The position numbers and the translations under genes were made by a program. From positions 27,385 through 88,826 of the forward strand of contig NZEC01000006.1 in assembly GCA_002688925.1 (NCBI GenBank): 61,442 bases of DNA. The letters run 5' to 3'. Shown piece by piece: positions 19,440 through 28,291 of this stretch. This stretch comes from an archaeon (lineage in GTDB: Archaea > Nanobdellota > Nanobdellia > Woesearchaeales > GW2011-AR4). Each line of letters starts with the position of its first letter. Within the stretch, counting starts at the first letter, position 1. The notes beneath the pieces are model-generated. The model was not told where the DNA came from. It worked only from the letters and a program-made list of their open reading frames with translations, and made no database searches.

Positions 19440-20504
19440 CTAACCAAAAAGCCAATCAACCAGAACTGTAGCATAGCATCCTTTTGCCAAAGAAAACTTC
19501 ACTTTAATCTTTTCCTTATCTTTATTCAACTCGTCCTTTCCTTGATTTTCAATTTCAAAATCATCTACTCTGACAAAAGCATTTCTTTCATCCCCTTCTG
19601 AGCTTAATTCCGGAAATGGCCTTATTATAAAATCCCTATAATTTATTTTTTCCTCTTCCATTATTTTTTCTATCATCCCTTCAATTTCCTTATTTTCTAT
19701 TTCAGTTCCAAAGCCAATTATCGGAATTTTTACATTCATTATATTTTTTTTATAAATATTATTTTCACTATTATCTTCATCATTTTTTTCATTTTGATTA
19801 TTGTTTTCATTATTTTCCTGTTTCTGGCTATTGATGTAAACCTCTAATGTTTTATTGAACAAAAAAGACTGGTATGCATGGACATATAATTTCAACAGCT
19901 TCACTGGAATCAGCTTTAACGCTCCGATATAATCATTTTTGCACTTTTCCAGATGAACTTTAATCTTTTCATTATAATCCGTATTGCTCTCTAAAATTAA
20001 TTCAATTGCCTTGTTAAAATCATTTTTTATTATTTCCCTGCCGATTGCATCATTACTGCTGGAAAATCTCTGCTCTCCGAAATAATTCGGCATGAAAATA
20101 TTGTCATTCTTTGTTTTTCCCCTTATTTTATCAATATCTCTTTTTTCCAGGTTCCTTATTGTTATCTCAAAATCATTTCCCCTTAGCTTTCCGGGATAAA
20201 TTTCCTCGTTTCCCTTGCCTAAATATTCCAGTTTAATATCTTTTATTAACAAATTCTCAATATCTTTATTCCCATTCTTTACAGAGATGACCTGCTCTGT
20301 CACTGCATTTTTATCCTTATTGCCTGCAAATCCGATGCTTTTCTCGCTAATTCTTAAATTCTCAGCTATCCTCTGCACTGCCCTAAGAGTATTGTAGTTT
20401 TTCTTTTTCAATAGAAAATAAGAATACTGCCCAGTTTCATTTAGTTCAGTATCATTAATTTCCCTGACAATAAAATCCTCTTGGATTTGTTTAATTTTTT
20501 GCAT
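19440..20504 (-). CDS. truD: tRNA pseudouridine synthase TruD/Pus7
   Basis: GFAGNKDKNAVTEQ (catalytic Asp) and NYFGEQRF. Contains an Asn/Glu-rich low-complexity insertion. Confidence 0.85.
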   Translation of the reverse strand: MQKIKQIQEDFIVREINDTELNETGQYSYFLLKKKNYNTLRAVQRIAENLRISEKSIGFAGNKDKNAVTEQVISVKNGNKDIENLLIKDIKLEYLGKGNEEIYPGKLRGNDFEITIRNLEKRDIDKIRGKTKNDNIFMPNYFGEQRFSSSNDAIGREIIKNDFNKAIELILESNTDYNEKIKVHLEKCKNDYIGALKLIPVKLLKLYVHAYQSFLFNKTLEVYINSQKQENNENNNQNEKNDEDNSENNIYKKNIMNVKIPIIGFGTEIENKEIEGMIEKIMEEEKINYRDFIIRPFPELSSEGDERNAFVRVDDFEIENQGKDELNKDKEKIKVKFSLAKGCYATVLVDWLFG

Positions 20505-20538
20505 TATCTTAGAAATACCAAAGAAAATAAAAAACTGC

Positions 20539-21522
20539 CTATTTGCACATCATCTTGATCATCTCAACCATCCTGCATGAAAATCCATACTCGTTGTCAT
20601 ACCAAGCGCTTATCTTAACTAGCTTTCCGATAGCTTTTGTAAGCGGTGCATCAAATATGGATGAGTGGCAGTTCCCGATAATATCAGATGATACTAATGG
20701 CTTTTCTGAATACTCTAAAATTCCTTTAAGGTAAGTTTCAGATGCCTTTTTCATTGCATCATTTATTGCTTCAACAGTAACATCCTTCTTGACTAAGCAA
20801 ACAAAATCAGTAATTGAGCCGCACGGTACAGGAACTCTAAAAGCAGTTCCATCCATCTTGCCTTTAAGATTCGGCAATACTTCCCCTACTGCCTTTGCAG
20901 CGCCGGTTGTTGTTGGAATAATATTGACAGCAGCCGCCCTTCCCCTCCTCAAGTCCTTATGCGGCAAATCCAATAATCTTTGGTCATTTGTATAAGCATG
21001 TATTGTTGACATAAATCCAGATTTCAGTCCAAACTCCTTATCCAGAACCTGCACAACAGGAACTAAGCTGTTTGTGGTGCATGATGCATTGGATACAATA
21101 TCGCAGGTTATGGCTTTGCTAACTCCTTTAACAACAGTTTTAATCTCTCCTCCTTTCCCTGGCGCAGAAAGCAGCACTTTTTTAGCCCCTGCATCAATAT
21201 GCTCCATCAGGTCCTTTTCAGTGGAAAATCTGCCTGTACTTTCAACAACAAGGTCAATTTTAAGCTCTTTCCAGGGCAGCTTTTTAGGGTCTTTTTCAGA
21301 TATTACAAGAATCTTTTTTCCATTAACAGTTATAGAATCATCATCAGCCTCTATATCAGCATCAAGAATCCCATGCACAGAATCATATTTTAAAAGATGT
21401 GCAAGTGTCTTTGCATCAGTAAGATCATTAATCACAACAAAATCAATGTCTTTTTCCTTCATTCCTATCCTGAACACAAGCCTTCCAATCCTGCCAAAGC
21501 CATTTATAGCAACATTAACCAT
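20539..21522 (-). CDS. gap: glyceraldehyde-3-phosphate dehydrogenase, class I (bacterial/eukaryotic type)
   Basis: NGFGRIGR, catalytic SNASCTTN and WYDNEYGF. Confidence 0.9.
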   Translation of the reverse strand: MVNVAINGFGRIGRLVFRIGMKEKDIDFVVINDLTDAKTLAHLLKYDSVHGILDADIEADDDSITVNGKKILVISEKDPKKLPWKELKIDLVVESTGRFSTEKDLMEHIDAGAKKVLLSAPGKGGEIKTVVKGVSKAITCDIVSNASCTTNSLVPVVQVLDKEFGLKSGFMSTIHAYTNDQRLLDLPHKDLRRGRAAAVNIIPTTTGAAKAVGEVLPNLKGKMDGTAFRVPVPCGSITDFVCLVKKDVTVEAINDAMKKASETYLKGILEYSEKPLVSSDIIGNCHSSIFDAPLTKAIGKLVKISAWYDNEYGFSCRMVEMIKMMCK

Positions 21523-21569
21523 AGTTTTTGTGGAAAATAAAGAATTTAAATAGTTTTTGGAAAATGGTT

Positions 21570-23282
21570 TTATTTCAACAGCCCCAGCATATCTTTAACA
21601 GAATAAGTATTAACAACATCATTCTTCCCTGCCCATCCTCTTCTTGCTGTAGCAATCCCTAACTTATAATATCTCAGTTGTTCAGCATCATGCGCATCTG
21701 TTCCAATGGATAATTTAACTCCTGCCTTGATAGCTGCCCTCACATGGATATCATTCAAATCCAGCCTTTCGGGATATGCATTTACCTCCAGAACAGTATT
21801 TGTTTCCCTTGCTTTCTCAAGAACTTTCTCAAAATCCATATCATAAGCAGGCCTTTTATTCAGCAATCTTCCAAAAGGATGAGCAATAATATCAGCATGC
21901 TCGTTTTCCATTGCCTTAATAATTCTATTAGTTATTTTTTCCTTTGAATTCTTAAAGCCCGAATGCACAGCAGCAAGAACAACATCAAATTCCTTAAGCA
22001 CATTATCTTTCATATCTAAATTTCCATCGGCCTTGATATTCACTTCTGCTCCCTGCAAAATCCTGAAATTCTTCAACCTATCATTTATTTTATCAATCTC
22101 TTTCCTTTGTTTTTTTATTCTTTTCTCATCCATTGCATTTGCAATTTTTAAGTTTCCGGTATGATCTGTGATGCATATATATTCATGCCCGAGCTTTTTA
22201 GCAGCCTCAGCCATCTCCATTATTGTGTTGTTTCCGTCACTATATTTTGTATGCATCTGCAAATCACATTTAATATCATTATAGCCAATAAACTTTGGCA
22301 ATTTTCCTTTTTGAGCCGCTTCTATCTCTCCTTCTTCTTCCCTTATTTCAGGCTCTATAAAAGAAAGACCAAGCTTTTTATAGCAATCCTTCTCTGTTTT
22401 TCCAGCCAGCATCTTATCGGTTTTTTTATTGAAAATTCCATATTCACTCAGTTTCATTCCTTTTTTTATTGCAATCTTCCTCAATGTAATATTATGCTGC
22501 TTGCTTCCTGTAAAATACAACAAAGCAGCCCCGTAGCTTTTCTCATCCACAATCCTTAAATCAACTTGCAATCCTTCACTCAGTCTAACAGAACTTTTTG
22601 TATGCCCTTTTGCCAATACATCCTTAACATCGCTCATTCCTGTAAAGAAACCCATAACCTTGCTGGGATTTTTTGACGTTACCAAAATATCAATATCTCC
22701 TATAGTTTCCTTTTTCCTCCTTAAAGAGCCGGCAATTTCTATTTTATTTATTTCATTTAATTTAATCAGTTTATTCTTTATGTCCTCAGCAATATCCAAG
22801 ACATGCCCTAACAGAAATCTGTTTCCAGACTCTTTTGCAAATTTAATGCTCTTGAGTATATTTTCCTCAACAACAATGCCTAATCCCTCAATTTTTTCTA
22901 TCTTTCTTTGCTTTGCAGCCCTTTCCAAATCTTTAATATTCTTCACATCCAGTTCCTTGTAAAGCTTCATAATAGTCTTGGGCCCTAAACCAGGAACTTT
23001 TCCTAGCTCTTCAATCTTAACAGGAACCTCATTCTTTAATTCTTCATAATAACCTAACTTTCCTGTATCAAGAAACTCGCTTATCTTTTCAGTCAAAGCT
23101 TCCCCAACTCCGGGAATATCCCTTAATTTCCCTTTTTTCCATATATCAGCAATATCCTCTTCAAGATTCTCAATAACTAAAGCAGCTTTTTCATATGCCC
23201 TTATCTTAAAGACTATCTCATTTTTAATCTCAAGAAGCTGCGCAATATTCCTCAGCAGTTCAGCCACTTCAAAGTTTTTCAT
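21570..23282 (-). CDS. polX: family X DNA polymerase with C-terminal PHP domain
   Basis: N-terminal helix-hairpin-helix repeats, nucleotidyltransferase GSLRRKKETIGDIDILV, and PHP motifs DLQMHTKYSDG and ITDHT. Confidence 0.9.
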   Translation of the reverse strand: MKNFEVAELLRNIAQLLEIKNEIVFKIRAYEKAALVIENLEEDIADIWKKGKLRDIPGVGEALTEKISEFLDTGKLGYYEELKNEVPVKIEELGKVPGLGPKTIMKLYKELDVKNIKDLERAAKQRKIEKIEGLGIVVEENILKSIKFAKESGNRFLLGHVLDIAEDIKNKLIKLNEINKIEIAGSLRRKKETIGDIDILVTSKNPSKVMGFFTGMSDVKDVLAKGHTKSSVRLSEGLQVDLRIVDEKSYGAALLYFTGSKQHNITLRKIAIKKGMKLSEYGIFNKKTDKMLAGKTEKDCYKKLGLSFIEPEIREEEGEIEAAQKGKLPKFIGYNDIKCDLQMHTKYSDGNNTIMEMAEAAKKLGHEYICITDHTGNLKIANAMDEKRIKKQRKEIDKINDRLKNFRILQGAEVNIKADGNLDMKDNVLKEFDVVLAAVHSGFKNSKEKITNRIIKAMENEHADIIAHPFGRLLNKRPAYDMDFEKVLEKARETNTVLEVNAYPERLDLNDIHVRAAIKAGVKLSIGTDAHDAEQLRYYKLGIATARRGWAGKNDVVNTYSVKDMLGLLK

Positions 23283-23361
23283 AACAGTGCTTTAGAATTA
23301 TTAGTATATAATATTTTTTGTATTTTTTACGATAATTTTATTTTTTATAGAAAAGATGATA

Positions 23362-23775
23362 TTATTCTTTTTTTATAAACTCATTGGCTTTATTCAATAT
23401 CTCTTTCGCATTCTTAAAAGTCAATTTTCCCATTGCTTCATCATAATTCAGCCATTCAAATCCTATATGCTCAAAAGAAAGCGTTATTTGTTCTGTATCT
23501 GTTTTTGCAAGGTAAAAAACAACTTCTTTGCTTATTAAATCTCCTTCAAAGCGGTAAAAATAGCTTATTTTCTCTTTAAAGCCATTAATCAGCTCAATAT
23601 CTTTTATTCCTGTTTCCTCTTCTATCTCTCTTTTTATAGTATCCTGCTCACTTTCTTTTGCTTCAATCTTGCCTTTTGGAAAATCCCAATGCCCTGCTTC
23701 ATAATTCAATATAAGATACATAACTTCCTTATCTTCCCTGAATACAACCGCTCCTGCTGATTTTTCCTGTTTCAC
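23362..23775 (-). CDS. Nudix hydrolase
   Basis: Nudix box GKIEAKESEQDTIKREIEEETGI. Confidence 0.85.
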   Translation of the reverse strand: MKQEKSAGAVVFREDKEVMYLILNYEAGHWDFPKGKIEAKESEQDTIKREIEEETGIKDIELINGFKEKISYFYRFEGDLISKEVVFYLAKTDTEQITLSFEHIGFEWLNYDEAMGKLTFKNAKEILNKANEFIKKE

Positions 23776-24162
23776 CTTAATTTTATGATTATATTCGTTT
23801 TTTAAATAGTTTTCTTATCCAAAAACCGAAACATTTAAATATACTTGATACAATAGATATTTCATAAGCATTATAATAAACTACAATAATATTTATATAT
23901 AACAAGCACTCGTATAATATGCTAGGTTCAATCTACGGATTTTACGTTCTGGACCGAATTGAGGAAAAAAGAGCTGAAAACTAAATATACCAATCTAATC
24001 TTACCTGAGGGGGTGGAAAGGATTTAGCTGTATATTAAGAGATAAGAGGCTGTAATGCAAAATTACGCTATTAAATTATCCCACCATTACAAAGGATGTA
24101 TGGGAGTTTTGATCACCTCTTTTCTCCTGTGCAGGCCTTGAGGTGGGATTTTTCAAGATAAA

Positions 24163-24723
24163 ATGAGAATAACAAACACCAAAATTATTGAAACTGTAAA
24201 GGAAGTCGTTGGGGAAGACTCCATAAAGGTAGTTGAGTTCCTTAAAGACAAGAAAAATATTTCTGATTTTAAGATTGCAGAGAAAGTAAAAACTGACATT
24301 CATGAGATAAGGAACATATTATATAGGCTCTATAACCATAACCTTGTAACATATTACAGGAAAAAAGACAGGCAAAAAGGATGGTATATAAGCTACTGGA
24401 CCTTTAACAAGAAAAGGGTAAAGGACTTGATGAGTACTCTTCACTATTCTAAGATTGAAAAATTTACAAGCAGGCTAAATGAAGAGGAAGCAAATAAAGG
24501 AAATATATACCTCTGTCCAAATGCATGCGTTAGAGTAAATTTTGAAAAGGCAACTGATTTTGAGTTTAAATGCCCTGAGTGCGGAAGCATAGTCAATCAC
24601 CAGGACAATGAAAAAACAATTAGCTTCCTAAGAAATAAAATCAAAGAATTGAAGATGAGCAATGGTTTTTTAAAGTCCGGAAATGGATTTGGGAAAACCG
24701 GCACTGTTTTGGTAAGTAATTAG
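24163..24723 (+). CDS. tfe: transcription factor E (TFE alpha)
   Basis: N-terminal winged helix and a zinc ribbon CPNAC...CPECG, with typical TFE length. Confidence 0.8.
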   Translation: MRITNTKIIETVKEVVGEDSIKVVEFLKDKKNISDFKIAEKVKTDIHEIRNILYRLYNHNLVTYYRKKDRQKGWYISYWTFNKKRVKDLMSTLHYSKIEKFTSRLNEEEANKGNIYLCPNACVRVNFEKATDFEFKCPECGSIVNHQDNEKTISFLRNKIKELKMSNGFLKSGNGFGKTGTVLVSN

Positions 24724-24754
24724 TTCTGATTTTTTAATATCATATATTTATTTC

Positions 24755-25699
24755 TTATAATTTTCTTATCTTGGCAACAAAAAACCCCTCTGTATCGTTA
24801 TCCTGCGGCCATATTCTCAGGCATTTTTTAATCTCTTCATTATACCTGGCATTTTCAAACTCTAAAACCGGAGCGCTTCTATTAACACCTTTGACTTCAA
24901 TCTCTTCTAATCTGGCATTTTCAAATTTATTCAACAAAAAATCAATTACACTCTCATTTTCCTCTGGCTCCAGGCTGCATGTAGAATAAACCAAAGTTCC
25001 TTTCTCTTTTAGATTATTAAAAGCAACATTAATCAGCTGTTTTTGCGTTCCTGCAAGCCTCTTGACCATATTCGGGTTCCAGATCCTTAAAGTCTTAAGG
25101 CTTTTCCTTATAGTGCCTGTTCCGGAGCAAGGTGCATCTAAAAGTATTTTGTCAAAATTAAAATCCTTAAACCATTGGCCCTTCATTAAAGTTATGATGC
25201 AGTTCATCACACCGCATCTCTGCAGGTTAATGCTTAATGGTTTCATCCTTTCTATTGTACAGTCATTTGCCACTAAGATGCCTTCATTCTTCATATATAC
25301 AGCTAGCTGGGTTGTCTTGCTTCCCGGAGAAGCAGCCATATCCAATACAATATCATGCTCCTTTGGCTCCAAAACTATTGGGGGAATCATCGATGCTGCT
25401 TCCTGTATATAGAAATACCCTAGACTATGTTCAGTTAAATTTCCAATGTCTCTTCTTTCCTTTTTTGCATGTGTAATCCAGAACCCTTCCTTGCACCACG
25501 GAATTTGCTCCAAATCCCATTTATCCCCTAATTTCTTTTTCAGACCATCTACACTTATTTTTAATGTATTTATCCTTATAGAACGCCGTAAAAAGCTTAA
25601 AGAAATTTTCCTGAATTCTTCCCAGTCTGTTAATTTTGAATATCTCTCTATAAATTTTGACTTAAACTCTATCTTTGATTTTGAAATTTCCTCTGGCAT
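24755..25699 (-). CDS. NOL1/NOP2/Sun-family RNA cytosine-C5 methyltransferase
   Basis: DMAASPGSKT, LLDAPCSGTG and YSTCSLEPEENE. Confidence 0.85.
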   Translation of the reverse strand: MPEEISKSKIEFKSKFIERYSKLTDWEEFRKISLSFLRRSIRINTLKISVDGLKKKLGDKWDLEQIPWCKEGFWITHAKKERRDIGNLTEHSLGYFYIQEAASMIPPIVLEPKEHDIVLDMAASPGSKTTQLAVYMKNEGILVANDCTIERMKPLSINLQRCGVMNCIITLMKGQWFKDFNFDKILLDAPCSGTGTIRKSLKTLRIWNPNMVKRLAGTQKQLINVAFNNLKEKGTLVYSTCSLEPEENESVIDFLLNKFENARLEEIEVKGVNRSAPVLEFENARYNEEIKKCLRIWPQDNDTEGFFVAKIRKL

Positions 25700-25811
25700 A
25701 AAAAAACAGTATTTTGGTTGATTTATAAAATTTTACGTAAATGTTCCTTTGTTAGTTTATTTAGCCTGAATAAATAGAAGCATTTAAAAACACTTACCAT
25801 TCCCCTGTGTT

Positions 25812-25946
25812 ATGGTTGATTACAATATAGTGAAGCATTGCAGGTATTGTAAAACAAGATTTGTTGTCAATAAAAGCGAGGCAAAAAAGATTTATTGCGA
25901 TGCCTGCCAAGTGAAAATCAACAAGGAACAAAACACGGAGGAATAA
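25812..25946 (+). CDS. C4 zinc-ribbon mini-protein (44 aa), hand-called
   Basis: [53 protein letters not shown] lies about 25 nt upstream of the ATG, suggesting a leaderless mRNA. Its last codons contain the GGAGGA Shine-Dalgarno of the csp gene. Confidence 0.45.
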   Translation: MVDYNIVKHCRYCKTRFVVNKSEAKKIYCDACQVKINKEQNTEE

Positions 25947-25950
25947 AAAA

Positions 25951-26145
25951 ATGAAAGGAACAGTAAAATTCTTCAATGAAATGAAGGGATTTGGATTCAT
26001 CGCAGCTGAGGATGGAAAAGAATATTTTGTGCATCAGTCAGCACTAGGCGAAGGTATGGCTTTGCATGAAAACGATGCAGTCGAATTCGACGTTGAAGAA
26101 GGGGACAGAGGTCCAAAAGCAGTTAATGTGAAAGCAAGCAGTTAA
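25951..26145 (+). CDS. csp: cold-shock domain protein
   Basis: KGFGFI and YFVHQS RNP motifs in a 64-aa protein. Confidence 0.9.
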   Translation: MKGTVKFFNEMKGFGFIAAEDGKEYFVHQSALGEGMALHENDAVEFDVEEGDRGPKAVNVKASS

Positions 26146-26266
26146 TATTATTGCATGAATATCATATTAATAATAAAAACTTTTTCTGATTTATTTTTTT
26201 TGAGTTTTTGACATTAAGATAGTTTTTAAACTCTTTAATAATAAAATATAGAATTAAATTAAACCC

Positions 26267-27268
26267 TCACTTATGCTCTTTTTTAAACTTCCTTCTGTAC
26301 TCTGGCAGCGTTATTATCGGTCTTCTTTGTTTGTCTGCAATAATCTTATTTCTTAATGTATAACTTCCTGCTTCATCTATCTCAATTAAGTTGTATTTGC
26401 GCTTTATGCTGCCAACCTGTATAAGCTTGCCAAGAGTATTTGCCCTTTTTGCAAAAACCTGCAGGATTGCAAATGACATGTTGCTAAGCTGGGCAAGGTT
26501 TTGGTTTCTATGCACTCTTTTATACAAATCAACCTGGGCTATGCACCTAAGCCCGAACTTTTTTCTCATATCAATAAGCATTGCAGTTTCTACTCCATAG
26601 CCTGTAAAGTAAGGTATCTTCTCCAAAACTTCCCTTCTTGCAGCACCTTCTCCGCTTAAAGGCTGTATAAATCCTGAAAGCCTTGGAAAGTATTGGTTGA
26701 ATAAAGGCCTTACCAATAATTCAGTTACCCTGCCGCCTCCTAACGGCTCTGTTTTGCCGCCGATTTTTAATGGCCTAGTATAGAACGGCTTTGAATAGCT
26801 AATCCTGGGGTTTGTAAGCAATGGCCCTACAAGCCCGTAAACAAATCTTGGATGTATGTTTTTTATGTCTGCATCTATCCAGCAGATAATGTCTCCCTTA
26901 GCTGCATAAAGCCCTTTCCAGAGATTTTCTCCCTTGCCTTTGAAATTGCCTCTTCTTTTGAGAATATCAGAATCAAGATAAACTATAGCCCCTACTTTTT
27001 TTGCAATCTCTCTTGTTTTATCCTTGCTTCCTGAATCAACAACAATTATCTCATCAACAAGCTTGTATTTATCCATTAATTTGGACTTAAGAACAAAAAT
27101 TATCTTCTCTATTGTTTTTTCCTCATTAAGCGTTGGAATGCAGATGCTTATTGTCTGCTTCTGCTTTTTTTTTAATTCTACAAGCTTCTTAATGTTGGAA
27201 AAACTGGATGCTTTGTACTTGTTTTTCTCAAACCACTCGGCAACTTTAATAGTAAAAATAGTGGAATT
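26267..27268 (-). CDS. glucosyl-3-phosphoglycerate synthase-like GT-A glycosyltransferase (GT81-like); start codon unresolved
   Basis: VVDSGSKDKT, KGKGENLWKG, IDADI, GLVGPLL, GGGRVTELLVRPL, PLSGEGAARR and HRNQ. The first ATG is at 27076, but the same frame stays open to 27268. That extension encodes the family N-terminus (VAEWFEKN...TISICIPTLNEEKTIEKI) with no ATG, GTG or TTG. Confidence 0.65.
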   Translation of the reverse strand, partial: NSTIFTIKVAEWFEKNKYKASSFSNIKKLVELKKKQKQTISICIPTLNEEKTIEKIIFVLKSKLMDKYKLVDEIIVVDSGSKDKTREIAKKVGAIVYLDSDILKRRGNFKGKGENLWKGLYAAKGDIICWIDADIKNIHPRFVYGLVGPLLTNPRISYSKPFYTRPLKIGGKTEPLGGGRVTELLVRPLFNQYFPRLSGFIQPLSGEGAARREVLEKIPYFTGYGVETAMLIDMRKKFGLRCIAQVDLYKRVHRNQNLAQLSNMSFAILQVFAKRANTLGKLIQVGSIKRKYNLIEIDEAGSYTLRNKIIADKQRRPIITLPEYRRKFKKEHK

Positions 27269-27314
27269 TTATGATATATAAGTTTTGGCATTTTAAAGGT
27301 TAGTGCAAAAGTCG

Positions 27315-27426
27315 GCGCTTGCGCGTAATTTACCAATTCAGATATTTCCGAAGGGTTGATATATTCGACCTGAGCAACGCATAGCGTTGCGAAGTTGAGA
27401 AGAGCGTTAAGGTCCCGCGCAAGCGC
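27315..27426 (+). repeat. stem-bounded element, copy D
   Basis: Perfect 11-bp terminal stem GCGCTTGCGCG/CGCGCAAGCGC. The internal hairpin GCAACGC-ATA-GCGTTGC is identical to that of copy A. Confidence 0.85.
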
Positions 27427-27450
27427 GAAATAAACAAAAAATAATATAAC

Positions 27451-27458
27451 TTTATAAA
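27451..27458 (+). promoter_or_regulatory. TATA box TTTATAAA for panB
   Basis: It ends 22 nt upstream of the panB ATG, consistent with a leaderless or very short-leader mRNA. Confidence 0.45.
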
Positions 27459-27480
27459 CAAATTAAACTTACATTTGCCC

Positions 27481-28248
27481 ATGAAAACACCCAATAAAAT
27501 AAAATCCATGAAGGGAAAGGAAAAAATAACTATGCTTACTGCATATGACTGCTTTACAGCAAAAGCTATGGATGATACTGGAATTGACATCATTTTAGTT
27601 GGAGATAGCCTGGGCATGGTAATTCTGGGATATGAAAATACTTTAAGCGTAACTGTAGATGATATAATAAGGCATACCGGCGCTGTTGCCAGAGGTACAG
27701 AAAATGCACTAATTGTTGCAGACATGCCCGTAAACAGCTACAATGACAATGAAATTGCAATTTTAAACTCAGAAGCGTTTATCAAATCAGGAGCTCATGC
27801 AGTGAAGATAGAAAACAAGCCAGAAATTGCAAAGTTTTTAGTTGAAAACAAAATAGAGGTAATGGGGCATATTGGATTGACTCCTCAAACTGCTACTGAA
27901 TTTAAAGTCCAGGGAAAAGATGAAGAGACCGCAAAAAAACTAATTGAGTTGGCAAAAAAATGCGAGGAAGCAGGCTGTTTTTCTTTAGTTCTGGAATGTG
28001 TTCCTGTTGACTTAGCAAAAAAAATTACAGGCAGCATTTCAATACCTACAATTGGAATTGGCGCAGGGCCTTTTTGTGACGGCCAGGTTCTTGTATCAAA
28101 TGACATCCTGGGATTGTATGATAAATTAAGCCCGAAATTCGTAAAAAGATACGCTGATCTTGGAAGTGATATGAAAAGCGCATTTAAATCTTATATTAAG
28201 GAAGTGAAAGAAAAGAAGTTTCCTGATGATGATCATAGCTTTCATTGA
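27481..28248 (+). CDS. panB: 3-methyl-2-oxobutanoate hydroxymethyltransferase
   Basis: MLTAYD, LVGDSLGMV, and GHIGLTPQ motifs. ATG at 27481 is used rather than the TTG at 27475. Confidence 0.9.
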   Translation: MKTPNKIKSMKGKEKITMLTAYDCFTAKAMDDTGIDIILVGDSLGMVILGYENTLSVTVDDIIRHTGAVARGTENALIVADMPVNSYNDNEIAILNSEAFIKSGAHAVKIENKPEIAKFLVENKIEVMGHIGLTPQTATEFKVQGKDEETAKKLIELAKKCEEAGCFSLVLECVPVDLAKKITGSISIPTIGIGAGPFCDGQVLVSNDILGLYDKLSPKFVKRYADLGSDMKSAFKSYIKEVKEKKFPDDDHSFH

Positions 28249-28291
28249 ACAAACTTTATAAACCAATATTTCTTCTTATTTTACTATAAAT

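Noticed and set aside
23776-24003. Hidden RNase P, SRP RNA or split-tRNA half in the long spacer upstream of tfe (GGTTCAATC resembles a T loop).
   Set aside because: I found none of the universal motifs: no GAGGAAAGUCC-type CR-I for RNase P, no SRP helix-8 GGAA/AGCA pattern, and no acceptor or T-stem pairing around the T-loop-like string.
27330-27725. ORFs running through the repeat elements, tRNA or leaders: 27330-27725, 56637-56894, 48430-48624, 24076-24303 and 25794-26000.
   Set aside because: They overlap a tRNA gene, the stem-bounded elements, or better-supported features on the other strand, and have no recognisable domains. The nucleotide-level structure explains the sequence better than coding does.
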